Notes under the pieces: model-generated
Seen by the model: only the letters and a program-made list of their open reading frames with translations
The model's database searches: none
What the model was told of the DNA's origin: nothing
Part shown: positions 8,859-17,508 of the stretch, piece by piece
Layout: every line of letters begins with the position of its first letter
Position numbering within the stretch: the first letter of the stretch is position 1
Position numbers and translations under genes: made by a program
Assembly (NCBI GenBank): GCA_964462045.1
Contig: CAYWWB010000004.1
Span: 1 to 39,689 of the forward strand
Reading direction: 5' to 3'
Source of the DNA: Candidatus Woesearchaeota archaeon
Lineage (GTDB): Archaea; Nanobdellota; Nanobdellia; Pacearchaeales; GW2011-AR1
DNA: 39,689 nt

Positions 8859-11390
8859 TTATTGTTTTTCTATTTTTAAAATTTTCATAATCCCTTTTGT
8901 AGCAAAAATACTTACTATAAAAGTTATGATAGTCCCTCCAATTAAAATTAGCCAAGGAACTATTCCTAAAGGTGTTAATTCAAATAAGTTATTCATGGGG
9001 GTATATATTATAACTAATTGTAAAATCAAAGAAACTCCCAATGCAATCAAAAGTAGTTTGTTTGAAAACCATCCTTGTTTTTCCCTGTATCTAATACTCC
9101 CTATTCTTACAAATTCAAAAAGTATTAAACCTGTAAATAAGGTAGTTCTTGCAATGTTTTCTCCAAATAAACTATTTGTTAAAAAGAAAGTTCCCAATAA
9201 AGTCAAAACAATTATTGAACCAATAATCAAAGTAAGATAAGTGAGTTCTTTGTTTATTATTCCTTCTGATTTATTTCGGGGTTTTCTTTTCATAATGTTT
9301 TTAGAAGGGGGATCAACACCTAAAGCTAAAGCAGGGAATCCGTCTGTTAATAGATTTACCCAAAGAAGTTGTACTGGGAGTAAAATAGGATATTCTAAAG
9401 TTAAAAATAATGTTGCAATCAAAATTAACATAACTTCTGCAAAATTACTTGTCAAAAGATAATTAACAAATTTTCTACAGTTATCAAAAATTCTCCTCCC
9501 CTCCTTTACACCTAAAACAATATTAACAAAATTATCATTTAATAAAACAATATCTGATGCTTGTTTTGCTACATCTGTCCCTTTTTTACTCATTGAAACC
9601 CCTACATCAGCCATTTTCAATGCAAGAGCATCATTTACACCATCTCCAGTCATAGAAACAATATTCCCTTGATTTTTCAATATCTTCATTATTCTTAATT
9701 TATGTTCTGGAGAAAGCCTTGCAAAAACATTTACCTCATTATTTAGTTTTTTAAAGAGTTTTTCATCATCCATATTTTCCAAATCATTCCCTACCAAAAC
9801 CTCTCTTGTTTTAAGGCCTATTTCAGAAGCGATTGCTTTTGCTGTTTTTGGATTGTCACCTGTTAACATTAAAACTCTTATTCCTGCTGTCTTACATTCT
9901 TCTAATGCTCCTTTAACCCCTTTCCTTACAGGATCACTTATTCCAGTCAAACCAATCCAAATAAGCTCTTTTTCAATATCTTTCTCATTAATAGAATCTT
10001 CTATATTTTTATATGCAAATCCCAATACTCTCAAAGCTCTTGAAGAAAATTCATCATTTTTATCTAATATTCTCTCCTCATCTTTTTTTGTTAATTTTCT
10101 TATTTTTCCATTCTCAATAATCTTGTTACATTTTTTAATTAAAACTTCTGGTGCTCCTTTGGAATAAACCGCAGATTCTTTGTTGTTTTTAATTACAACA
10201 GACATCATTTTCCTCTCTGAAGAAAAAGGTATTTCATTTGTTCTTTTGTATTTTTTTTCTAAATCTTCCTTATTAAAATCAAAATCTTTTCCAAAATTAT
10301 ATAATGCTACTTCTGTTTCATCTCCAATAAGTCTTTTTTTTCCTTTTAATTTATGAACATCATTATTTAAAACAGAACAATAAAGTAAATTTCTAATTTG
10401 ACCTTTGTCTAATTCTCCAACCCCATATTCTTTATCTAAATAAACATCTGTAACCGCCATCTCTCCCCTAGTCATTGTTCCGGTTTTATCTGAACAGATA
10501 ACATTTACTGAACCTAAAGATTCTGTTATTCCTAACTTCCTTACCAAAACTTTCTTCTTCATCATTGCTTTTGCACCTAAAGCCAAACTCAAAGTTATAA
10601 CAGCGGGAAGCCCTTCTGGAACTGCTGCAACAGCCAATGCAACTGCAGTTAAAATAGATTGATATAATGAAAATTTGAATAAACCCACAATTAAAACTAA
10701 AACAGCTATTCCTAAAACTATCCAAGATAATTTTTTACTTAAAACAGACATTTCCCTATAGAAAATGGTTTTTTCCTCTTCCATTGAACCTAATTTCTCT
10801 GCAATAGAACCTATTTTTGTTTTCATCCCTGTAGAAATAACTTTTGCAACAACATTTCCAATTGTTAAATAAGTGTTCTTATAAATTTCCTCTCCTGGTT
10901 TTTTTAAAACTGCACTTGATTCTCCAGTTAAAGCGGATTCATCAAATTTTGCCTGAGAACTTTCTAAAATTTTTGCATCTGCAGGAATCACATCCCCTCC
11001 AGAAAGGACTATTATATCGCCAGGGACTATTTTTGAAGAATTTATTATTTTTTCTTCTCCATCCCTAATAACTCTTGCCTTGGGTTGGGACATCTTTTGA
11101 AGAGCTTCTATACTTTTTTCAGCTTTATAATCCTGAAAGAAACCACTTAATGCTGAAGCAATAACAATTACCAAAATAAGAATTATGTCTATTAGATTAT
11201 TCTCTGGAGAATATTTTGTAATTAGGGTTAATATAATAGCTGCCACTAATAAAATGAGAATTAAGGGGGATTTAAATTGAGATAAAAGAATTTTCCAAGG
11301 AGAAACTTTCTTCTTTCTCTCAAGAACATTCTCACCATATTTTTCAAGTCTTTTTTTTGCCTCTTTTTTTGAAAGCCCTTTTTTATTCAT
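8859..11390 (-). CDS. Cation-transporting P-type ATPase, P2A (SERCA/Ca2+-ATPase-like)
   Basis: Motifs TGES (LTGESSAV), PEGLP, phosphorylation site CSDKTGTMT, KGAPE, TGDN, GDGVNDALALK. About 10 hydrophobic segments. Confidence 0.92.
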   Translation of the reverse strand: MNKKGLSKKEAKKRLEKYGENVLERKKKVSPWKILLSQFKSPLILILLVAAIILTLITKYSPENNLIDIILILVIVIASALSGFFQDYKAEKSIEALQKMSQPKARVIRDGEEKIINSSKIVPGDIIVLSGGDVIPADAKILESSQAKFDESALTGESSAVLKKPGEEIYKNTYLTIGNVVAKVISTGMKTKIGSIAEKLGSMEEEKTIFYREMSVLSKKLSWIVLGIAVLVLIVGLFKFSLYQSILTAVALAVAAVPEGLPAVITLSLALGAKAMMKKKVLVRKLGITESLGSVNVICSDKTGTMTRGEMAVTDVYLDKEYGVGELDKGQIRNLLYCSVLNNDVHKLKGKKRLIGDETEVALYNFGKDFDFNKEDLEKKYKRTNEIPFSSERKMMSVVIKNNKESAVYSKGAPEVLIKKCNKIIENGKIRKLTKKDEERILDKNDEFSSRALRVLGFAYKNIEDSINEKDIEKELIWIGLTGISDPVRKGVKGALEECKTAGIRVLMLTGDNPKTAKAIASEIGLKTREVLVGNDLENMDDEKLFKKLNNEVNVFARLSPEHKLRIMKILKNQGNIVSMTGDGVNDALALKMADVGVSMSKKGTDVAKQASDIVLLNDNFVNIVLGVKEGRRIFDNCRKFVNYLLTSNFAEVMLILIATLFLTLEYPILLPVQLLWVNLLTDGFPALALGVDPPSKNIMKRKPRNKSEGIINKELTYLTLIIGSIIVLTLLGTFFLTNSLFGENIARTTLFTGLILFEFVRIGSIRYREKQGWFSNKLLLIALGVSLILQLVIIYTPMNNLFELTPLGIVPWLILIGGTIITFIVSIFATKGIMKILKIEKQ

Positions 11391-11409
11391 TTTAGAATAT
11401 TTGTTAAAA

Positions 11410-11417
11410 TTTATAAG
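11410..11417. promoter_or_regulatory. Single quasi-palindromic TATA box (TTTATAAG) midway between the divergent start codons at 11390 (-) and 11439 (+)
   Basis: 19 nt from the ATPase ATG and 21 nt from the AEP ATG. No other TATA-like element occurs in the 48-nt spacer. Confidence 0.4.
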
Positions 11418-11438
11418 GATAAAATGTTTTTAAAGATT

Positions 11439-12308
11439 ATGAAAAAAGGAGATAAAACGATTTTAAATAAAACAGGGCAACTGGATTGTTTTTCATATTA
11501 CAAAAAGATTTTTAGAAAAAAAAGAAAGTTTTTGAAAAAATTTTTACAAGATAAAGAGATAGCCACAAAAATCTACCTTCCAAAAGATGATTTTTATTTA
11601 GTAAAGAGGGGTTCAAAAGAAGAGCCATTATATTTTCCTGAGATAAAAACTTCAAAAAATTTTCTTTCATTAAGAAAAGATAATGATTTAAGTGATGTTC
11701 GAGATAAAATTTCAAAAAAAGAGGAGAAAATATGGCATTATTTTGTTCCAAGAAAAATGATTGAAATGCATTATGCTTGTAATAAAGAAAAAGGAAACAA
11801 AATAAATCGGATTTTTATAGATATTGATCCAGGGGAAAAATTTAAAGCAGAAACAGGAAGAAAAGTAGCTTTAGAACTATTAAAAGAAATTAAAAAAGAT
11901 AAAGATTTTAGAGAAAAATTTAATTTTAAAACAGAGGTTATTTGGACTGGTAAAGGATTTCATGTTTATATAATATTAAAAAAAGAACATTCAAAAAAAA
12001 TTTACCAAAGATATTTTTCCTGGGAAGGAAAAAAGGAAAGTTTTATTGAAAAATGGGCTAAATCTATTTCAGAATCTATTGGATTTAAGGTAGAGGCAGG
12101 GCATGAAAGGAAAAGAAACAAAATTATCTTAGATACCTCTGCTACACCTCCCGGAAAGCTTGCTAGATGCCCTTATTCTTTACATTTGAATGAAAAGGGA
12201 AAATTAGTTGGAATTTGTGTTCCTTTGAAAAAGAAAGATTTAGAAAACAATAATATAGTTAGAAAATTAGAAAATTTAAATTTGAAAAAAGTAATTAAAG
12301 AATATTAA
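11439..12308 (+). CDS. Archaeo-eukaryotic primase (AEP) superfamily protein, PriS / LigD-Pol-like, compact
   Basis: Motif I IFIDIDPGE, motif II VIWTGKGFHVYI, motif III ILDTSATPPGKLARCPYSLH. ATG at 11439 is preferred over 11424 because the TATA box at 11410..11417 lies only 6 nt from 11424. Confidence 0.65.
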   Translation: MKKGDKTILNKTGQLDCFSYYKKIFRKKRKFLKKFLQDKEIATKIYLPKDDFYLVKRGSKEEPLYFPEIKTSKNFLSLRKDNDLSDVRDKISKKEEKIWHYFVPRKMIEMHYACNKEKGNKINRIFIDIDPGEKFKAETGRKVALELLKEIKKDKDFREKFNFKTEVIWTGKGFHVYIILKKEHSKKIYQRYFSWEGKKESFIEKWAKSISESIGFKVEAGHERKRNKIILDTSATPPGKLARCPYSLHLNEKGKLVGICVPLKKKDLENNNIVRKLENLNLKKVIKEY

Positions 12309-12309
12309 A

Positions 12310-12516
12310 ATGAAAATTTTTGTTAAATTACATCCAAGTTCTTCAAAAGAAGAAATAAAAAAACTTGAAGAATCTTTTTATGAAGTTTGGATTAAAGAAA
12401 AACCTCTTGAGAACCAAGCAAATAAGGCTCTTGAGAAAATTATGAAAAAGTATTTTAGAAAACCTGTTAAAATTGTTAGGGGTTTAAAATCCAAAAAGAA
12501 AATTTTAGAGATTTAG
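12310..12516 (+). CDS. DUF167 (YggU/UPF0235) family small protein
   Basis: 68 aa. Pattern V.V.P.S...I...E....V.I.E.P.EN.AN.AL...........V.I..G..SKKK.L.I is typical of DUF167. Follows the AEP gene by 1 nt. Confidence 0.6.
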   Translation: MKIFVKLHPSSSKEEIKKLEESFYEVWIKEKPLENQANKALEKIMKKYFRKPVKIVRGLKSKKKILEI

Positions 12517-13067
12517 ATATTGTGTCCGGGGCAAAGAATAGTGTAATCTATTGAATTAAGTTTTTCAAGAGAGTTTTCCATATCTTTTGGAGAACTTTCA
12601 AAAAAATCAGTTCTTCCTATACCATTATGAAAAAGAGTATCACCTGAAAATAAAATCCCTTTTTCCCCATAATATATGCATATACTTCCTGGGGTGTGTC
12701 CAGGAGTTTTAATTATTTTTAATTCAGGGAAATTTTTTCTTACTTCTTCTGCTTTTTTTATTTCAGGAAATTTTTCTTCAGGAAAATCTTTTTTACTTGC
12801 GTAAATTTTGAGGTTTTTATTTTTTATTTTAAACAAATCCAAATTACCCAAATGGTCCCAATGATTATGTGTTAAGATTAATTTATTGATATCTGAAGGC
12901 TTTAAATTTATCTCTTCAAGTCCTGAAATAAGTTCTTCTTGGTTATTGTAAGAAGTTGTATCTATTAGTATATATTCTCCCCTTATTTTTAATAAATAGA
13001 CACTTGAGCCAAAAAATCTAAAATTTAGTTCCCAAACATTGTCTTGGTTTTCAATTCTTTTTATCAT
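12513..13067 (-). CDS. MBL-fold metallo-hydrolase (glyoxalase II-like)
   Basis: HxHxDH motif THNHWDH, then TPGHTPGS, SGDTLF and CPGH ligand motifs. The start is moved to the ATG at 13067 (MIKRIENQ...), which removes the overlap with the divergent gene at 13124. Confidence 0.85.
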   Translation of the reverse strand: MIKRIENQDNVWELNFRFFGSSVYLLKIRGEYILIDTTSYNNQEELISGLEEINLKPSDINKLILTHNHWDHLGNLDLFKIKNKNLKIYASKKDFPEEKFPEIKKAEEVRKNFPELKIIKTPGHTPGSICIYYGEKGILFSGDTLFHNGIGRTDFFESSPKDMENSLEKLNSIDYTILCPGHNI

Positions 13068-13123
13068 ATTAAAACAAAAGGAATATTTTATATAAGATTT
13101 ACTCTTGAAGTTTTTAGAAGAAA

Positions 13124-13522
13124 ATGAAATATGAATTTGCTCCGGATTTGCAAACACTTGCAGAAGAAATTTGTTTATTATTATTTCCTCACATAAAAAT
13201 AACAAAAATAAAATGTTTTAGAAGTTATGGGAGTTCTACAAAAAGGACAATTGCAAGATGCCATACTTTGGGAAAGATAATGCAAATGGCTATAGGGGTT
13301 GAAGCATATTATGCAATAGAAGTTCTTTCTGAAAAATTTGATAAGCTTTCTGAAAAAGACAAAGTGAAAACAATAATTCATGAGTTAATGCATATACCAA
13401 AAGCTTTTGGGGGTGGATTCAGACATCATGACTGGGTTACTAATAAAAATGTAAATAAGATGTATAAAACTTACAAAGCTAAAAAAGAAGAAAGAAAAAA
13501 GATAAATAATTGGTTTCAATAA
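13124..13522 (+). CDS. Predicted small Zn-metallopeptidase (HExxH; SprT/COG4900-like)
   Basis: HELMH motif in IIHELMHIPKAFGGGFRHHD, with basic N- and C-terminal parts. Confidence 0.6.
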   Translation: MKYEFAPDLQTLAEEICLLLFPHIKITKIKCFRSYGSSTKRTIARCHTLGKIMQMAIGVEAYYAIEVLSEKFDKLSEKDKVKTIIHELMHIPKAFGGGFRHHDWVTNKNVNKMYKTYKAKKEERKKINNWFQ

Positions 13523-13953
13523 TGTAATTTTAGTTTTTTTTCTAAATCTTTTACATCGCCATTATTTAAATGAATTAACTTAATATTATTTTTTTTCATA
13601 GAATCAATTTTTTCTCCAGAAAGAAAAATTTCCAGATGATAAAATCTATTCCATTTTCCATCAAACTCACATCCATTTAACTCTTCTTCTGTATTTAATT
13701 CATAAGGAGCAGAGCATAATGTTTCATCTATTGTCGGATGATAGGTATATAATCTATTTACATTATTGTATTTTAAACATTTTAAAACATTAGAAAAATC
13801 AAATAATTCATCCCAACCTAATTCAAATTTTTTTAAAACAGGTTTTAAGTAATTATTTTTTATTGTATAAAGCATAAATTGGCTATTATTCTCAAAGTAA
13901 TCATTGTCCCAGATTTCAAAACCAAATACTCTTTTATCCTTTTCCATATCCAT
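13516..13953 (-). CDS. Hypothetical protein
   Basis: Long ORF. The track start at 13968 is GTG; the first ATG is at 13953. No recognisable motif. Confidence 0.5.
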   Translation of the reverse strand: MDMEKDKRVFGFEIWDNDYFENNSQFMLYTIKNNYLKPVLKKFELGWDELFDFSNVLKCLKYNNVNRLYTYHPTIDETLCSAPYELNTEEELNGCEFDGKWNRFYHLEIFLSGEKIDSMKKNNIKLIHLNNGDVKDLEKKLKLHY

Positions 13954-13986
13954 CAAAGTTATAAACACTTTTTAATTATTATTATA

Positions 13987-14316
13987 ATGAAGATAAAATA
14001 TGGGAATAAAAAAATTGAAATTCCAGTAAAAAAAGTTTCTTTTTTAGGAAAAATAAGGGGTTTAATGTTTAGAAAAAAAGAGATTTCTCCTGCTTTATTA
14101 TTTGAATTTAATAAAAATACTTCTTTAGAAATACATTCTTTTTTTGTAAGTTTCTCATTTTTGGCTTTGTGGCTTGACGAGAAAAACAATCTTTTAGAAA
14201 AAAAAATAGTTAAACCAAACAAAATAAAAATAAAACCAAAAGAAAAATATAGGAAGCTCGTCGAGATACCCTTAAACAGAAAGTTCGACGATATAATTTC
14301 AAACCTCGTCGATTAA
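13987..14316 (+). CDS. DUF192 (COG1430)-like small protein
   Basis: The ATG at 13987 gives MKIKYGNKKIEIPVKKVSFLGKIRGLMFRK...LLFEF...FLALWLDEKNNLL. The G.mfr / l.F / D pattern resembles DUF192. Confidence 0.5.
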   Translation: MKIKYGNKKIEIPVKKVSFLGKIRGLMFRKKEISPALLFEFNKNTSLEIHSFFVSFSFLALWLDEKNNLLEKKIVKPNKIKIKPKEKYRKLVEIPLNRKFDDIISNLVD

Positions 14317-14389
14317 CAGAAACATTTAAATAGTAAATAGTCTCAATACTATTATTGGGGAAACTCAAACTAAATAAAAGGAGGTAAAA

Positions 14390-14599
14390 ATGGGAAAGAT
14401 AATTGCTAAGAACATTGTCGAGAGAAAACCAGGATATCTTTACTACGTTGATTCTAAGGGAAACGTATGTGAAGCTAAAATGGCTAGAGGTGGTAAAAAG
14501 AAAAAAAAGAAGGCTACTAAGAAAAAAGCTTCTAAAAAGAAAACCACTAAAAAGAAGACAACAAAGAAAAAAGCTTCTAAAAAGAAAAAGAAGAAATAA
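14390..14599 (+). CDS. Small basic protein: ~35-aa N-terminal domain plus poly-Lys/Thr/Ser tail; candidate nucleic-acid-binding protein
   Basis: Strong SD AAGGAGGT 7 nt upstream of the ATG. N-terminal KPGYLYYVDSKGNVCEAKMARGG, then KKKKKKATKKKASKKKTTKKKTTKKKASKKKKKK. Confidence 0.65.
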   Translation: MGKIIAKNIVERKPGYLYYVDSKGNVCEAKMARGGKKKKKKATKKKASKKKTTKKKTTKKKASKKKKKK

Positions 14600-14643
14600 T
14601 TTCTCATAGTTGTCTTTTTATTTTTTTTATTTTTTTAATTAAT

Positions 14644-14652
14644 TTTATATAT
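14644..14652 (+). promoter_or_regulatory. TATA box (TTTATATAT) 20 nt upstream of the kae1 ATG
   Basis: Sequence and spacing match the other promoters in this window. Confidence 0.45.
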
Positions 14653-14672
14653 TGTTTTTTGTTTTGATTTTC

Positions 14673-15689
14673 ATGGATAAAATAATAGTCTTAGGAATAG
14701 AATCAACAGCACATACTTTTGGAGTTGGAATTGTCAAAGGTAAAGAAGTTCTGGCTAATGTTAAAGATATGTATACTACAGAGTCTGGAGGCATAATTCC
14801 AATGGATTCTGCTAAACATCATAAAGAAGTTTCTGAGAACGCCTATAATAAAGCTCTGGAGGAAGCAGGGATTAAGGAAGAAGAAATTGATTTAATTGCA
14901 TTTTCACAAGCTCCTGGTTTGCCCCCTTGTTTAATTGAAGGAATGAAATTCGCAAAGAAGATTTCAAAAAAACTTGGTGTTCCGTTAGTTCCTGTAAATC
15001 ATTGTATTGCTCATTTAGAAATTGGAGATTTAGTAGGGGCGAAAGATCCTGTTATGCTTTATACTTCTGGGGCGAATACACAAGTTATTGCTTATGAGGC
15101 AGGGAAGTACAGGGTTTTTGGTGAAACCTTGGATGTAGGGGTTGGAAATTTTATTGATAATTTTGCAAGATTTTTAGATTTGGGATTTCCTGGAGGACCT
15201 AGAATTGAAAAATTAGCCTCTAAAGGAAAGAACTTAATTGAAATACCTTACAGAGTTAAAGGGATGGATATTGCATTATCTGGAATTTTAACTAATTTAA
15301 AACAAAAATTTGAATCTGAAAAATATTCAAAAGAAGATTTAGCTTATTCTCTTCAGGAAACTGTTTTTGCTATGCTAGTTGAAACTGCTGAGAGAGCTTT
15401 GGCTCATACTGGGAAAAAGGAATTGCTTTTGGGAGGGGGTGTTGCTTGTAATTCTCGTTTACAGGAAATGTGTAAGCAAATGTGTGAAGAAAGAGACAAA
15501 TCTTTAGGAGAAGTTAATTTTTTTGTGCCTGATAAAAGTCTATTGGTGGATAATGGAGCTATGATTGCATATCTTGGTTTAAAGATGTTTAAAGCAGGAA
15601 TAAGTTATAAACCAAATTCTAAGGAATTTGAAGAACTTGATATAAAACCTCGTCAGAGAACAGATGATGTTGAAGTTTTGTGGAGATAG
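14673..15689 (+). CDS. kae1: tRNA N6-adenosine threonylcarbamoyltransferase Kae1 (KEOPS catalytic subunit), stand-alone
   Basis: LGIESTAHTFGVGIV, metal-binding HCIAHLEIG, GGGVACNSRL, DNGAMIA. The track start at 14652 is TTG; the ATG at 14673 lies 20 nt downstream of the TATA box at 14644..14652. Confidence 0.92.
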   Translation: MDKIIVLGIESTAHTFGVGIVKGKEVLANVKDMYTTESGGIIPMDSAKHHKEVSENAYNKALEEAGIKEEEIDLIAFSQAPGLPPCLIEGMKFAKKISKKLGVPLVPVNHCIAHLEIGDLVGAKDPVMLYTSGANTQVIAYEAGKYRVFGETLDVGVGNFIDNFARFLDLGFPGGPRIEKLASKGKNLIEIPYRVKGMDIALSGILTNLKQKFESEKYSKEDLAYSLQETVFAMLVETAERALAHTGKKELLLGGGVACNSRLQEMCKQMCEERDKSLGEVNFFVPDKSLLVDNGAMIAYLGLKMFKAGISYKPNSKEFEELDIKPRQRTDDVEVLWR

Positions 15690-15748
15690 TTATACAAAAA
15701 ATTATTGGAAAAGATTAGATTTTTATAATAAATATTTTTTCTATTAAA

Positions 15749-16081
15749 ATGAAATCTAAAGACATTAAAGGGATAATGCATGATTTGCTTGATTTAAGAA
15801 ATTGGAGGAATCCTCTTCAGATGGTTTCAATTCCAAATAAAATTGAACTAGATTTGATTACTGGGGAAGGAAATTGGGATGAAGAAGATAGTTTAACTGA
15901 ACTATTAGAAGAAAAAAGAGGGTGGTTTTTAGATAGAATAAAATCTCTAAAAGGAGATATAAAGGATTTTCAAAAAGCTAAAATTATTGTTTTTGTAGCT
16001 AAAGAAAAAGTAAAAATTAAATATAAAGGAAAAGAATTTGAGAAAGAAAGAGTTCTTGATCCTTGGTTATCTCAAGTTTAA
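15749..16081 (+). CDS. Hypothetical 110-aa protein directly abutting the radical SAM gene
   Basis: The stop TAA at 16079..16081 is immediately followed by the ATG at 16082. No Cys and no recognisable domain. Confidence 0.55.
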   Translation: MKSKDIKGIMHDLLDLRNWRNPLQMVSIPNKIELDLITGEGNWDEEDSLTELLEEKRGWFLDRIKSLKGDIKDFQKAKIIVFVAKEKVKIKYKGKEFEKERVLDPWLSQV

Positions 16082-17185
16082 ATGTATTACCACATTATTT
16101 TAACAGAAAGATGTAATTCACAATGTAGGTATTGTTATGAGAAGTCTTTGAAAGAATTTGATAATTCTCTTTCTGAAAAATGGGAATTTGAATTTGATGT
16201 TCCAAGTGAGACTGAAGTTTCTGTTGAAAAATTAAAGAATTTTATAAAAAAAGACGATGTAATTATATTTTATGGTGGAGAACCTTTATTAAAAATTAAG
16301 AAGATTAAAGAAATTATGGATGCTTTTCCTGAAAATAGATTTTGTATGCAAACAAACGGGAAATTATTGAATAAGATTTCTTCAGAATATCTAAATAAGA
16401 TGTCAAAAATTTTAGTTTCTATTGACGGAGACAAGGAAAGAACAGACTTTAACCGAGGCAAAGGAACTTATAATTTAGTTATGAAGAACCTTGATTTTAT
16501 TAGAGAAAACGGTTTTGAAGGAGAGATTGTTGCAAGGATGACTTTGGATAATGAAATTGGAAGTGATATTTATGAACAAGTTAAACATTTAATTGAAACA
16601 AAAAAATTTGATTCTTTTCATTGGCAAATAGATGCTGGTTTTTATGAGTTTGATTTTGATTATGGGAAAATAAAAATATTTGTTGAAGAATATAATAAAA
16701 GCATAACAAAACTTGTTAATTATTGGGTAGAAAACATAAAAAGGGGAAGGGTTTTGAAAATATATCCTTTTTTAGGAATATTTGAAAGCTTGTACTTTGG
16801 AAAGAAAACAAAATTGAGATGTGGAGCAGGTTATGCAAATTATACTATTACAACTAATGGAAAAATTGTTGCTTGTCCGATTATGAATAATATTAAGAAT
16901 TTCCAGTGTGGGAATTTGGATTCTAATGAGCTTAAAGATATTAATGTTATTGAGCCTTGCAGTTCTTGTGAATATTTAGATATTTGTGGGGGAAGATGTC
17001 TTTATAGTAATTATGCAAAACTCTGGCCTAAAGAAGGGCAAGAGCTAATTTGTAAAACAATAATTCATTTAATTAATTCTATAAAAGAAAAAATTCCTGA
17101 AATAAAAACAGCTTTAGATAAAGATATTATAAAAATAGAAGATTTTGATTATGAAAAATATTTTGGTCCTGAGATTATTCCTTAG
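16082..17185 (+). CDS. Radical SAM enzyme with C-terminal SPASM domain (peptide/protein-modifying maturase-like)
   Basis: CNSQCRYC (CxxxCxxC) at residues 11-18. GGEPLL. Complete SPASM signature: CGAGYANYTITTNGKIVAC, then CSSCEYLDICGGRC (CX2CX5CX3C). Confidence 0.88.
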   Translation: MYYHIILTERCNSQCRYCYEKSLKEFDNSLSEKWEFEFDVPSETEVSVEKLKNFIKKDDVIIFYGGEPLLKIKKIKEIMDAFPENRFCMQTNGKLLNKISSEYLNKMSKILVSIDGDKERTDFNRGKGTYNLVMKNLDFIRENGFEGEIVARMTLDNEIGSDIYEQVKHLIETKKFDSFHWQIDAGFYEFDFDYGKIKIFVEEYNKSITKLVNYWVENIKRGRVLKIYPFLGIFESLYFGKKTKLRCGAGYANYTITTNGKIVACPIMNNIKNFQCGNLDSNELKDINVIEPCSSCEYLDICGGRCLYSNYAKLWPKEGQELICKTIIHLINSIKEKIPEIKTALDKDIIKIEDFDYEKYFGPEIIP

Positions 17186-17507
17186 TTTTATAATCACTTT
17201 TTAATCTTTTTACAACATATTTAACATGGCTTGAAACTGTTTTTCTGTAACGAGATTCAGCAGTTGAATTGTCTGTATGCCATTTCGCATCTTCTAGTTT
17301 TGAAAAAGCCCTATTAATATTTCTTCTTACATTTTTATTTTTTAACATATAATCTGGAATTTTAGAAAAATATTCTTCTGCTTTATCATAAATTGAATTT
17401 AACCAGGTTTTATTTAATCCACGATGTATTAAATTAGTATTAGATAAATAAATTAAATTCCCATAAGCTTCTGTTGCTTTAGTTTTTTGAAATCTTTTTT
17501 TATTCAT
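17175..17507 (-). CDS. Hypothetical small helical protein (last gene of a 4-gene minus-strand operon)
   Basis: Start lies 1 nt after the stop of the upstream gene. Basic and helical. No motif recognised. Confidence 0.55.
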   Translation of the reverse strand: MNKKRFQKTKATEAYGNLIYLSNTNLIHRGLNKTWLNSIYDKAEEYFSKIPDYMLKNKNVRRNINRAFSKLEDAKWHTDNSTAESRYRKTVSSHVKYVVKRLKSDYKTKE

Positions 17508-17508
17508 T

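Noticed and set aside
8926-11068. Plus-strand ORFs and the minus-strand off-frame ORF 10486..10725, all within the P-type ATPase gene
   Set aside because: They lie entirely within a gene whose own frame carries every P-type ATPase signature motif. They are shadow or off-frame ORFs.
13068-13205. N-terminal extension of the MBL hydrolase ORF, and likewise the 13879..13986 extension of the DUF192-like ORF
   Set aside because: The extensions overlap the divergent neighbouring genes and add non-homologous residues. Internal ATGs at 13067 and 13987 give proteins starting where family similarity begins.
14403-14609. Alternative-frame 68-aa ORF overlapping the Lys-rich small protein
   Set aside because: It is an off-frame reading of the same AAG/AAA-rich tract. 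It lacks the SD and ATG context that the 14390 frame has.
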